DNA of 62,945 bases, filler included, from Reticulomyxa filosa (GCA_000512085.1; 18 parts of 18 records of this genome joined end to end with filler, not necessarily neighbours in it), one strand, 5' to 3'; counted from the whole stretch's first letter, positions 14,804 to 27,318 are shown. The notes: a model not told the origin generated them from the letters alone. A program made the numbers and translations.

Positions 14804-15172
14804 AAAGCATTGCAATTGCAACCAGATTTGATTCCACAACAGATATCAGCGTCATTCCTGAATAATTACAGATTGAATCCCTATTTCACATAGCAATGGA
14901 ACAGACATCGGATATGTGAAGGATTGGATAATCCAAGACATATTATGCCACGATATTTCCTATCTAAGCATTCCCTGATAGAATATTTGCGGTACCAAGA
15001 TTTACGTCGCAGTTGGTGGATAAATATCCAGGCATTGCTTCCGGATATCAATGTATTGTTCCTGTCGATGAAATATTTCATTGTTGGAGACCGAACATTG
15101 AAACCAGATATTATGATCAAGGTTGTCAAGGCAGCAGCGAAGTTTGTTATTGATACCAAGATAAAGATTTGA
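14804..15172 (+). pseudogene. Probable C-terminus of a non-LTR retrotransposon ORF2 (degenerate)
   Basis: Interrupted frame ending YLRYQDLRRSW..YFIVGD..IKVVKAAAKFVIDTKIKI*, which resembles LINE ORF2 C-termini. Confidence 0.35.
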
Positions 15173-15439
15173 ATCAATTTTCAAGTTTTTCAAGACAACT
15201 TCAATTTAAATTGAATAACTTTAATGTTTTTCTTTTAATTCTTTTTGTGGACCTTTTGGTTGTTGTAAGAGTTTGTGAGGTTCTTTCTTTGAGTACTGTG
15301 TTCTATTTCTTAGAACGAAGTGTTCTTTTAACTTGAAAGATCTGAGTTTGTGCAAGTATAGATGGCAAAAAGAGTGCGAGTTGAGGATGAAGCTAGAGAG
15401 TAGTCCGATATTTGACACGCCCCCACTGCAACCATCTAA

Positions 15440-15675
15440 AAAAAAAAAGGTATCAGACATATCAATACCAATTCCATTTCCAACTCCATATCCATTTCCA
15501 ATTCTACCATGCATGCTAGCATTTGATAGTTCACTAGTGTCAGACATGTTCGAGAGTGTAGTTAATATGTCTGACTTACCATTAGATTTGATGCTTGATC
15601 CAATTCCAAGTATGGTATTTTGTCCCAACATGGCTTGCAGTATAGCCGATTAGGGTAAAAACACAGGCAAGCAAC
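15440..15675 (-). repeat. Truncated copy of the repeated MLGQNT ORF family (second copy at 53460-53680)
   Basis: MLGQNTILGIGSSIKSNGKSDILTTLSNMSDTSELSNASMHG is nearly identical to ORF 53501; both share upstream ccctaatcggct.tactgcaagccATG. Confidence 0.8.
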
Positions 15676-16314
15676 AAAAAAAATTTTGCCAAAAAAGTAA
15701 CTACTAAAAAACTTTATATCACTATAAAAAAAATTTCTTCACTTTTCTCGATCTCCGAAATTTCAAAATCTCTTTCAAAACAGCTTAGACTACGAATGAT
15801 CTTGCATGTTCAAACTTTTTTCGCCTTCGAAATACAACTTTTTTGACAAAAGTTAATACGATGATGCAGTGATTTTAAAATGAACTTTTTTAATTTATGC
15901 TGTTTACCATATGTTAATGCTTTTCCAATTGCAATTTCCTTTGCAATTACTTGGCAACTCTCTTATACATCATCAAATTCCTTGGTGTTCTTTGTTTACG
16001 AAATTTGTTCTTTCTCTTTCGTAATTGACTTAACCTGTCATTATACCACCGTTTGTTGCAATTGTCGCTTCTTCAGCTTCAACGACACATTTGGTCCAAG
16101 GTTCATAATATGATATCAACGCTTGATGTCACATTGTCTTTCATGAACGTGCAGTCAAATGGCAATGTATTGATAATATGTAATCCATTTGATACAATAA
16201 TACATTCACCAACATCGTCTATATTATGATCCAGTCATTCAGGGTGATTTGCATTCCAATCTCCTCCAATGACAATATATTCAGTATGTCATATTGTAAT
16301 TCTTGAAATGATTA

Positions 16315-17547
16315 CAATTGCGACAAAAAAAAAATTAGCCACTCCTAAAATATGAACTTTTTGTGTTTCTAACCAAAATTTTACTAGCAAATTGTGATTA
16401 TTTTTTTTGGTTTATTTGCTTTTTGCAAAATTATTTACAAGAAGAGGATTCCACAGTAGATATATAATAACTACCGTTACAAAGAAATAAAAACAAACAA
16501 AAAACATCAACAAAAATTCTTAATATTTCGTATGCCCAATCTCTTCCTATTCTTTCTCAAACACCTCCCAAAGCTACTCCAAAGATTTAACCTCATGGTT
16601 TTGTTGGATCTTCATCTTTATAATTCGCCACAGATTCTCGATTGGATTGAGGTCCAAAAATTCCATAGTTGAATTTAACTTGTGACAAGATGCATTGTCT
16701 TGCTGAAAGATAAAGTCCTCCTGATACTTTTCTTCGATACAATATTGACTAGAGTTCCACATTTCATCAGCGGGAATCTCTTTATACAACTCAGAGTTAA
16801 CAGTTTCTGTGATTTCGGCAGCATCACCAACTCCTTTTGCCCCCACCACCTTTTTGGCGAACTCTAAACGTAACTTTTTATGTTGCTTAGTTAACCGAAG
16901 CTTTTTGATACGTATGCGACCATTTAAACCCTGGGATTTTAAAATGTTCTTCACAGTGCTCACGGAGAACGCTCTTTTATATGTTCGTGCGACTAGTCGC
17001 TGCAAATCTACTGCTGTTTGTGCCTCTCCAGAGTAAATTAATCGCATTTCTATCAGTCCACGTTTTAGGATATCCAGAGCCTCTTTTGCGTGTAATCGTT
17101 CCACTGTTAAGAATGCTAATGTAAACTTTTTTTGCTGTGTCGTGATTTATCCCAAATTGCTGGCCAGCCTCACGATACGACATTCCCATATGTATTCTTT
17201 CGAATAAAATTCCTTGTTGTATTCTAAACAGCTTGTGAGTCATGACTAGAAGCTAAAGAATAACAATAAAAACAAAAAACTTGTTGAAAAAGAAAAGTTT
17301 ATATAGAAAATTGTGACCGCAACTAAATCAAGTCCAACATGAAAACTACCCCCTTCCAATCATTTTTGAAAATTTCTTTCTTCCAACTTTTCTAAATTTT
17401 TGTTTAGTGTTTTTACAAACTACTTATAAAAGTGTAAATGTATATCCAGTAAACCAGAAAAAATCATCACAATTTGATACTAAAATTTTCGTTAGAAACA
17501 CAAAAAGTTCATATTTTAGGTTTAGCTAATTTTTTTTGTCACAACTG
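16315..17547 (-). mobile_element. Tc1/mariner DNA transposon (defective) with ~100-bp TIRs and TA target-site duplication
   Basis: Left end CAATTGCGACAAAAAAAAAATTAGCC..CCTAAAATATGAACTTTTTGTGTTTCTAAC mirrors the right end GTTAGAAACACAAAAAGTTCATATTTTAGG..GTCACAACTG. TA at 16313-16314 and 17548-17549. Confidence 0.92.
16574..17243 (-). pseudogene. Tc1 transposase, frameshifted and internally deleted
   Basis: Paired-HTH N-terminus (GMSYREAGQQFGI..RKRGSGYPK), SVSTVKNILKSQG..KKLRLTKQHKKLRLEFA, FIFQQDNASCH and DLNPIENLW. The segment carrying the first catalytic D (W.DE) is missing. Confidence 0.85.
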
Positions 17548-18560
17548 TACACTGCGAATTTCTGTTTCTTTTGATCAGGACATGAAATTTCTACCCAATA
17601 CGATTCATAACTAAATATATTGAATGTATCAGTCATGTTATTGAATGATCGTGATGATAAATGCAAATCTCTTCAATATAATACTCCAGATCTCCCTGTC
17701 TCACTCTAGTTATAAATATAAAGATACTGGAAGTTATAATCTGTATCATTATTCTTTGAGCTAAATCCTTCTTGCAATAAACATATATGGGTCTGCTTCT
17801 GATGCAAGTTTTGTTAATGTTTGGGCCTTGGAATAAAATCCGTTAATATTATTCTTGAATATCAATAGACTGCCGATCATAGATCTGCTTGCATATTAGT
17901 ATTTGATCTGTTTCCAATCGCCATCTGCATAAACGTCTGGTTAATTTATTGCAATAAGTACTGTAATTGCTAGAATGCTGAATTAGCGATGAAATTTCAT
18001 CATCGTCGATTTCTTATTCTGCAGCCTTTTATCCTTCTTTCTATTAGTCCTCTTCTTGCGTTTTCATTTCCATTTAATCTTTGTCCTTTGGCCGCACTGT
18101 TGATTTACATATCAGTAAATTCGATTTTTGTAATTGCTAATGAAGTCTAATGATCAAATAACTTATGATAATTTCATATATCGCTTTTCATAAATATCGT
18201 AATAGTTTTATTTGAGTATTTGCATTAACTACTATTTTTTATTGTCTTTCCAACACTTCAAATTAGGAAAATTCAAGAAATTTCTTAACACGTTTGTCAA
18301 ACGATATATTGATTTGACTTTTCAAAATGAATATCAAATCTTGACATATGTCGAAGTCTGCAACTAACTTAAACATAATCTTCGAAATACAGCTTTTTTG
18401 GTGTCAACTATTTTTTATTATGAAAAAAGTTTAAATTTGCTAATTGTAATGTACATATTATTCATGTTTCACTACAGTGAACTGATTGATAACCTTTCTT
18501 GAAATATATAAACATTGTGTTGTAATAATATTATAAATGAAAAAAAAAATTAGTTTATAT

Positions 18561-18840
18561 CCAGCTGGAATTGCACTAGCTCATATGACTTAGTCATTGT
18601 GCAGATTTTACATTAGATATCCATTGTTGATATACTGGCAGTTAATATGCTCTAAATACCGTTGGCGATACTATATCAACTAACTGCGAATATATATTGA
18701 CATTAATGCCAACCAGATAATGTCCTAATATATTTACATAGATAATACTAACTAATATCGATGGAACCACCCTATAAAGGTTAAACACCGGTGACCTATA
18801 TTATCTAGATCATCATATGTAAATCTATTAGCCACAATGC
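18561..18840. ncRNA. Candidate structured RNA of unknown class
   Basis: Nested complementary segments form a multi-branch fold with possible pseudoknots (see findings). No known RNA family motif recognised. Confidence 0.35.
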
Positions 18841-19485
18841 TATTTGTTAAGTTATATATCTAAAATTTTTGTATATGATAGTATATTTAACATAACTTTT
18901 TTTCATTGAATATCAAATTATTTTTTTATATTTTTCACATTATTTTGATGTTAAAAAAAATATTTAAAATAAAATTATATTTTTCATTTTTTTGTTAAAT
19001 TTTTTTTGTTTTTAATGTTTTTTTAAATGTCATCAATTTATTTTTTTAAATCCTGTCAATTGATCACCATTGCAAATCTCGCACAAAGTATATCTGCGTT
19101 TGTTGCTTTTTTTACTCTAATCTATTATTTGAAGAAGAAAAATTAGTCACTTTTCGTTAAAAAATTCAAGATCATGCCATAAAACAATCAGCGTTTAAGC
19201 GTAATTCGGGATACTTTATTTTAAAAGGAAGTTTATTAGCCATATTTGACTTCATAAATTCATTGATCAACAGCAAAAAACTTGATCAAAAAATTAATCT
19301 TTCTGATATTCTTGCAAACTCTTAAAAAAACTTATAGTAGTTTATTGTTTCTTTTCAGCGAATTTGTGAACATCCAATTGATGATTGTATTGATCAAATT
19401 GTCAGAATATGACCCCAATGACATTTAACAGTTTTCACCATCATTTAAATTTAATACAGCAATAATAATAGATAGCACAAAAAAG

Positions 19486-20642
19486 CTAACTGTCCTTTGA
19501 AATTGGAATCGGCTTTGACAAATATTTTAATCTATAAATGTCTATGGTATTTTTGTGTATTAACGCATCAATATCGGTAGGATTGAGATGCAACTTTTCC
19601 TTAAAGATGTGCACATAAGTGTCCCAGCAATCATCAAAATTGGTACAAATCTTGTCCACGGGAAAATCACTTGCACACATACATCTCTGTACGCCAAATT
19701 GACTTAAAACAAAAGAAATGATTTCGGTCATCCATTTTATGTAGTCAATGTCATTAAGCATTTTCTGGCGTTTTTTTTTTTAGCATTGGCCATCCTGAAA
19801 ATTTGACATAAACGTTTTCGCACGCACTTAACAATTTGATGCCTTGTCTCCATTGTGACATTTCGTTCTTCAATGGAAGACCCATATGATTAACAACAAA
19901 TCTGATGTTACTATGAGCTGCGCACATCACCGCAGCATTGCTAAGTTGAGATGGGTATACTTGCAGATCAAATGACAAATCATATTTCGACAGCAATTTC
20001 AAGTTTTTATGAAATATCGGTGTTGTCATTGCAACTGGGCTTTCTGTTTGACGCCGATTTTCCTTCTTTTCGTGGTAATCTGATATTTTTTTGTTTTTAT
20101 TGATTGGTAAAGATACCCACTATTTATTGACAAAACTGTTTGACCTTCTTTTTTTTTCCTCTTGAAGTTGAAAGGGAATCAAATATAGAAAGATAATAGA
20201 TATCTTACCTACCTAACATGAAACGAATGCCCCGGAAATTATCAAATGCTATATGGTATCGCAATTGTGTTTCCACATGACTGGTGTTTTCATCTAACAA
20301 ACACACGTAACCGATAATTCCATTTGGAAAGCCATATTTGTTGTATAAAGATTGTAACATTGCCGTTTCTTGAATGGAGTTTTTGTGTGCCGCTTGAATG
20401 TGTACACATGCGCTCAAAGTGTACTTCTTTGATTCTTGCTGATATTCGACTATGTCGTAGTTTCTTGCAACTGGAGTCAAATCTCCTGCTGGGTGGTGTC
20501 GGATGCCTGCTGATTTTAGCCACGGGTTGGACTCAGGATTCCAGAGGTGGAAGTGAGCATCAGAAATTAAGCGCTTTGTAGGAACACTATGAATGTTCCG
20601 CTTATCTTCTCGCCAAATCCGGGTAAAGTATCTGGTTCTCAT
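19486..20642 (-). CDS. Amidohydrolase_2 family metal-dependent hydrolase (L-fucono-lactonase-like). Intron 20080-20212; homopolymer frameshift near 19775.
   Basis: DAHFHLW, CVHIQA, FRGIR, YDLSFDLQV, FVVNHMGLP, VYVKFSG, FG..RCM.ASDFPV motifs. Confidence 0.85.
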
Positions 20643-20895
20643 TTGAATTGTTGTGTCTTTTTTGTATGTTGAGAAAAAAAGGGAGAGATAACGTTAACAA
20701 GTAGTTTTGACAGTTTTGTCAGTAAAAAGTGATGAGGCAAATAGTCATATTGCACATTTTTCAAAACCCAAAATTAACAAGAAAGGGAGAAAAACAAGAC
20801 GTGAAAAAACAATAGACACCAATAGTAGCAACAACACAAAATATTAGGTAAAAATGCGATCCTTACATTAATTGTTCTGTTTCGTCTGCGAGTGA

Positions 20896-21880
20896 TTATT
20901 CCTCGGCTTCTTTTTTGTCATTATCATTGTCAATGTTTATGATAGGATTGCCATCGTTTCGACTATTTGTAGAATCCCGTGGTCTTTCTTGAGTAATCTC
21001 CAGCTTTTCAGTAAGAGTCTTAGTGTAGCGAGATTGATACGAGTCTTTTGGATAAGTAGACATTCGTTGTTCGAAGCTCCTCGAAAAATTGCCCATCCTC
21101 AAACCGACAGCCAAAATGGTGGCGACAATGGTCAGTGTGCCCTGAGACTTGGCCTCAATGAGGTCTTGGATATGAACAAAGAGTATTCCTCCCAATTTCC
21201 TTGTCAGCGTAATGACTGCGCTGATGTTGCTAATTTTTTTTTCTATGAGAACACCTTCGTCAATTCCCATGTCTTCATTCAATGTAAAATCGGTGTAAAC
21301 CCTTTATAAGATTGTACAAAACATCATCAAAGAGAGGAGGAGGGGGGAGGGGAGAGGAAGAATAAGTGAGCCTGAACTTTACAAAAAGACAAAACTGTAA
21401 AGGATCGATAAGTGTTTTGGTGGTGTCCAACACAGCGAGGAGATCAAAAAAATATAATCCAGTTGACAACGACCTTTCGTTCCATTTTTTGATGGGCTGA
21501 CTGAATCGATAAGGAGATTGCAAAGTAATGGAATTGGACCAATCGCGAATTTGATCATCGGTGACATATTTGTCTGCAAATTTAAGCTCTTTCAAAGTCT
21601 TAATCATAAAATATCTTTGAATTTGCCCAGCCACAGACAAAATAGCTTTTAATTTGCCTTCGGCAATATCCACACCACCGATGTTTGTGGTCTTCAAGTC
21701 ATAAGGCTCTTTTGAAATTATTCCAATCACCAAATTGCAATTTAAAACATAGTCCCATTTATTCTTTGGAGCAACTTTGACCTTCATCCAATTCACGCAG
21801 CCCGGATGAATCCGATCCAATATTTTGAGCAGTAAAATTCCGTTCATTGAGTCCCCTTTCATATACATATATATATACAT
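20896..21880 (-). CDS. Fimbrin/plastin-like actin-bundling protein, C-terminal CH domains (partial)
   Basis: GILLLKILDRIHPGCVNW..NCNLVI..NIGGVDIAEGKLKAIL; DDQIRDWSN..LSTGLYFFDLL; ISAVITLTRKLG..DLIE. Confidence 0.8.
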
Positions 21881-22029
21881 ATATATGTATATGCGTAGTG
21901 TTCAAAAAAGGGGGGGGGGATGCTACATTNNNNNNNNNNNNNNNNNNNNNNNNNNNNNNNNNNNNNNNNNNNNTTAATTAATTAANNNNNNNNNNNNNNN
22001 NNNNNNNNNNNNNNNNNNNNNNNNNNNNN

Positions 22030-25000
22030 GGGGGGGGGGCAAAAAAAAAAAAATTCAAAACTTGTGGAATGACTGGGAAAATTCCGTGTTGCCACAGCGC
22101 AATGGCAATATTTACATCGTCTTGAAGCAGCATTTCAATTTCTTCAATATATTCCCACCATTCTTTAATTTTTTTTTCGTCTCGAAAATATTCCAACAAA
22201 GAGTTGAATTTTAGTCCATTCTTGCCGTCCGTCGCTTGCTTGCAACTGTTTGATCCTTTTTGGGTCTCCTCTGATGTTTTATGAGTGCCATACGATGTAT
22301 CTTTTGACTTGTTTTTTGCCACCCCAACTAAAATCGCTGCGATATCGTATTGTTCGTTTATACGCTGGTACTATTGGTTTATTATATTGCCTTTATTTAG
22401 TGTATAATCAAAGACGATGCAACTCGGCTGTAAAACAACAACAAAACTGCACTATAAATGGACTCTTTGATATTCTCAATCAAAAATTGTGCAAAATTGG
22501 ATGGCCTTTGTTTGATTTTATTGGAAATGATATTATTGATATTACAAGTCTGAATATACAAGATGACGACTTCAGCGACGACAGTAGGTTGCACGCTGTC
22601 GTGAATGCACTTCAACCACGACTCAGAAATGTCTTGTGCATTTTGCAATCCCATTCGACAAATTCTTGTATCGAAGCTGCTCAGTGACTGTAGTTGAGTC
22701 TCATTAGTCGAACGGATAATTGAAAGTACATGTTTCATATTGGTCAATAGATCAGGAAAAAACAAGCACAGTTTCCTGTTTGTTTGTTTGTTTTTTTACA
22801 CAGTATTACATATCATTCAATCAAAATTAGCATAAAAAAAAATAACTGTAAATGATTCAAGTGAAGACCAGACAATTTTTTTTTCATATGAAAGAGATCG
22901 TCGATAATCCAAAGTGGATTCGACGCACTTGTGATATACCCAGACCCATTTAGATTGCTATCTTTTTGTGCACTACGGGCATATGCTTCCAATAACATAG
23001 ACAATTGTGCTCTATTGTGTATTAGTAGATGTATGCATGTACATCAACTTTGAATTGGAATTGCAAAGAACATAACATTGGGGGAAAAAAACAAAACAAA
23101 CTCAAAACTTACATGTTTGAAACATGCTCAGCATTCTTGAGTGTGACATACAACTTTGCAATTTCTGCCAAGTTTTGCATTAAACTTTGTCTCTCCGAGT
23201 CCGTGTAAATTTGAACAGAGCTGTGATTGATGCATACCGACAATACATGGCTTGTCAACGCCACCATTTTATCACAAAGTTTTCGTATGCTTTCAAAATC
23301 ATCTTTGGCAAAAAAAACAAACAAACAACATAAGCAATGGTTTTTTTTTTTTTGGCTCGTTCATTAATAGGAAATTAGAATGCAACATGCACGAGCATAC
23401 ACACAGACAACGTGAGAACCATCAGTCAATTTGTGGAAATGTGACGATGCTCCAAATTGTAAATTTTGCAAAGCCTTGATCAAGTCTTCCAATCTCTTTG
23501 CGCGCATACGCATGTCATTGACGAAGTAGAGATGTTGCATTCGCTCGTGGATACATTGCGGCTTTTCAACAAACATCACTGTGTTGGCAACAGTTCTCCC
23601 CATACCTGCCAACGTTTGACTGAGCAGAAGGCGTGCTCCTTTCAACTTGACTTTGGCAGAGCCATACGCACCACGTTTTCGATATTTATGCTTTTTTCCC
23701 GGTTTCGAGTTATCACTCTTTCCAAATCCCTGCTTTTCAATTTCTTCCGCGTTTTCTCTGGGCAAAATATTTACTATGCTTTCGTGACTCATCAAATGCA
23801 CATGCATTGTCAATGAGCTGAGCAAATCCATTATGAAATATTCACCACTTTCGATTGCTGGCACTTTGTTACTCGAAGTGGTCTTGCCGCCGTCTTTCAC
23901 ATTACATACACAAACACACATACACCACAAATAAAAGGTAATCTAAGAAAGAGTAAGCAAGTGATTTCATGTTTTTATTTCTCCTTCTCTCAAAACAAAA
24001 CAAAGCAAAACAAAATAAAATCCAAAAAAAATGGAGAAAATCGAACCATTGAGCATGCGCGACAGATAAGAAGTAGGCTGCCAAACTGCAGCTCGCATCC
24101 AAATTCTTCTTCGAAATACGTGCTTTTGTCCGGGCGTGTCAGTAGACTCCCATTTGTAAGATTTGCTTGTCAATTTGTGACAGTACATCCACCCTTCTTT
24201 GTCATGCTTGCCATCCCCTTTACATGGCACAGTTGTTATATTTTCATTAACCTTTTTGTCTTGATCTTTGTGCTTTGTCGAAAGATAGTCGAATAATTTT
24301 TGTGTACTCCGATCATCATTTTTTTTCTAATTCGTTGAAAACAGCAGTAACATAAACTTTTTTTCACACTTCACTTTTATATACATATATAAATATATGT
24401 ATATATTTATATAAGAAAAATAAAAACTTTAATTTGTTCTGGCACTGTAATGATTGACGACGATGTAGTGGCAGAATCCTCACGATTTTCTTTGTCCATT
24501 TTGGAAAAATTGGAAAACAATGTGGATAAAGTACCCTCTGCTTTTCGTCCTAAAAATAAGTGAGGCGATTTTAAATCAATTAAATATGTATTCCATTCAC
24601 TCATGGATTGTATCGATCGAATATTATCTGAAGACGGCATTAAAATGCTCCAGCCTTGTTTTATTGATTGTTGTTGTTGTGATTATTATTATTGCCACGG
24701 ATGAGATCAAATGAATAATATTAATCGTCTCACAAGGAAAGGGAGTGATGCGTATATATTCGAAATAAAAACAAAAAAGGAAATAAACCAACAAACCTTC
24801 GACCCATTCCCATTGTCCTCCTGGCGTTCCAGTAGGCAGCTGTATCCCTTCAGCTGGAGAACGAATATGTCTTTGATTGGTTTGATCATAAAAATAAAAA
24901 AAAAAGATGAGTCAGAGAAACACTTTGCAATCGTATTACAGATAAAAAAAAAAAAAAAAAAAAAGCATAACAATGGCTTCATGTCAAAAGAGAACCACAA

Positions 25001-25752
25001 CGTTTCGAATGGTTTCCAAACCCTGCTCATCAAATCTTTAGATTCAATCTCAAATACTATGTGCTCATTCAATGCCGTGTTTTTATGATAAGTCGTTACT
25101 TGTTGAGTGTATGCTTGTTCACTCACGGAAATAAATAAGCCACTCATCCCTGTCACTTTGCTTTGTCGTGCCGATTTCATTTCGGCTTTGTAATAGCGTT
25201 GGTACTTGCGTTTTCTTTTTTTTTTTAATCACAAAAAAAAAAAAAAAAAAACAATTTCCATCAGGTGTGATCATACACATGACGTTTAGGATTTTTGTTT
25301 TCAAACCTCACATAGTGGCAGTGATTGAAATCATTATGAAAATGCTCCGAGTTAAATTGAATGCCATAACTCCAACCCTCCGTATCAGTTCTTTGAGGGT
25401 CGATGTCAATCGTCCAATCACCGTCCCACACTAAGTGTTCTGGCAATTCAAATTCATGCAAACGTCTATTTTGTTGTTGTTAGTTTGTGTTTTTATTCCT
25501 CTCTTGTCTTTTTCAATATTTGCTTGTTCCTTTCTTGTTTGTACAAAACTCAAATCGCATTGGCTGTTTTGTTGCTTTAGAGAATCCCTTTACTACTTCA
25601 AATGGCCAAGGGTCATTCAGTAAGAAAGGAGGGCGCCAAAAGATCACTGACTTTCGCTGATATTCCATTATTTCAATTTTAGAGGTTTCAGACGCTAGCC
25701 AACTTAATGTTGGCCCTTGGACATCCTCATTCGAGGTCATATTTCCTTTCAT
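22030..25752 (-). CDS. Multi-exon protein with two dysferlin (DysF/Pex24-type) domains and a possible C2-like region; 3' end truncated
   Basis: IEIMEYQRK..W.PPFLLND, LPEHLVWDGDWTIDIDPQRTDTEGWSYG..HYVR, and a second DKEGWMY..VFRRRIWMR. Confidence 0.65.
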
Positions 25753-26081
25753 CAACTTTTTCAGAAAAAAGTCTAAGTCTCGCAGTTGTCAGTTCTTCTC
25801 AAAAAAACAGAAACTCTTTCGGTCAAGTCAACTATTGTTGCTTTTTTGTTTAAGTTTGCCATATATTAAATATCAATTAAGACAAGCGTTTCCAGTATTT
25901 TTGCTTTCTTTCATTTTTATTTAAAAGTTTCGTTAAAAAATATAACAAGATTTTACTCAAAGAAAAATTTTTCTTATTAACATTGTGAGTAAATTTATCA
26001 GTGAATTTTTAAAGACATACAATCGAAAAATTGGAACAATATTTTTTATTTTTCAGAAAATCCTCATAAAAATGAGGCAGT

Positions 26082-26801
26082 TCATTTGTGTTTTTGTACA
26101 GGAAGAAACAGTTTAAAATCTGGAGGTAGCTCGTCTTCTGAATATAATCGATCAGAGAAATATATTCTATAGCCATTCAAACCAAAAATAAAAAGTGAGC
26201 AACATTAATGATATTGATAAAATTAAATGTCTTACCTTCGAATCCGGCAATTGGCGTGGATTTGAACCTTCAAAGTTTCTAAGTAGTTTGTCCCGTAGGC
26301 TCTCCGTGTAAAGTCTGCTAAATTGAATTGGATTTGATTCCAACCGTCATCTAACCGCATTGGCATTGTACAAATGAATGGATTGACGTCAGTTGATTTT
26401 TGATAATTACTAGCACGAAATCTTCGTTTAATTTCTTTATCGTCCAACACAGTTACTTCAAAGGTAAAATATTTTTTGATATTTTTGATTATCATTACTA
26501 AAAAAGGTAATTTGATTCCTAAAGTTTTTTTTGGATCAGCTGGACAAATGATATAGCAGGTGCTAACGTTGGCCCCTAGTATTTCAATCACACTACTTTG
26601 TATGTCTTTGTCGGTTATACGTTTAATCGAACCGTCTTTGACTTGTTGTTCCCAAATTTGCAATGGCTTAGATCTATTTAATCAGCACCAATGTTTTTTA
26701 AATCCTAATATCAAATCAAAGTAAAACAAAATGCACAAGGATTTTTACCCAATGCTATACAAAATGGACAAAAATCCCGACTGAAAAGTGTTTTTGAACA
26801 T
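26082..26801 (-). CDS. CFAP20: Cilia- and flagella-associated protein 20 (BUG22). Exons 26749-26801, 26236-26673, 26082-26166.
   Basis: Spliced protein [25 protein letters not shown]...[15 protein letters not shown]...RRFRASNYQ...[23 protein letters not shown]...[22 protein letters not shown]; clean GT-AG introns. Confidence 0.97.
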
Positions 26802-27318
26802 TGTTCGTTTATTTTTTAAGAAATAGTCAATGCAAAAACGATGATTGTGATGACTCAAAGGTTGTATAGACTATGAAAGTAAAATCACTCAGAATCAAAA
26901 AAAGATACAGTGGAAACAAAGCACATCTCTATTTCTTTCTATTTTCAAAAGCATGAGAAAAAACTAACTTACTATTCAAAGAATAAAAAATATATAGAAA
27001 AAACAATATTTTTAAACAATTCAACTTTAATACAATAGTTTAAATGTGAGATAAAATATCATCAAAATATTTTAAAATTTTAAAATAAAAAGTTTCCAAA
27101 AAAAATGAAAAGTGTGTACATAAAGAGTTTTAATAAATTTGTGATACTTTTTGTTTGTGGGAATAAAGTTTAAATGATCAGCATAAAGCAAAGTTTGTAA
27201 CTAAACAAGTGAACTTGTGTAAAACATTATTTGTACGAGAGTAAAGAAGTGAATTTTGAAAAAGAATAGGGATGATAAAAAAAAAAAAGAAAAGAAGAAC
27301 GGAAGAGGTTTTATATTT

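Larger units (their letters stand above)
15870..18400 (-). mobile_element. Decayed LINE (APE endonuclease domain plus probable ORF1 remnants), interrupted by a Tc1 insertion
   Basis: MIGSLLIFKNNINGF (ATG 17880), ICLLQE and ESYWVEI lie on one side of the Tc1; YIVIGGDWNANH.E (~16235-16280) and SSVDI lie on the other. These are collinear EEP/APE motifs with stops. Outer limits are approximate. Confidence 0.65.

Noticed and set aside
18561-18840. Assignment as SRP, RNase P/MRP, U3 or telomerase RNA
   Set aside because: Diagnostic motifs (SRP helix 8, CR-I/CR-V, complete box set, a clear telomeric template) were not found; kept only as an unclassified candidate
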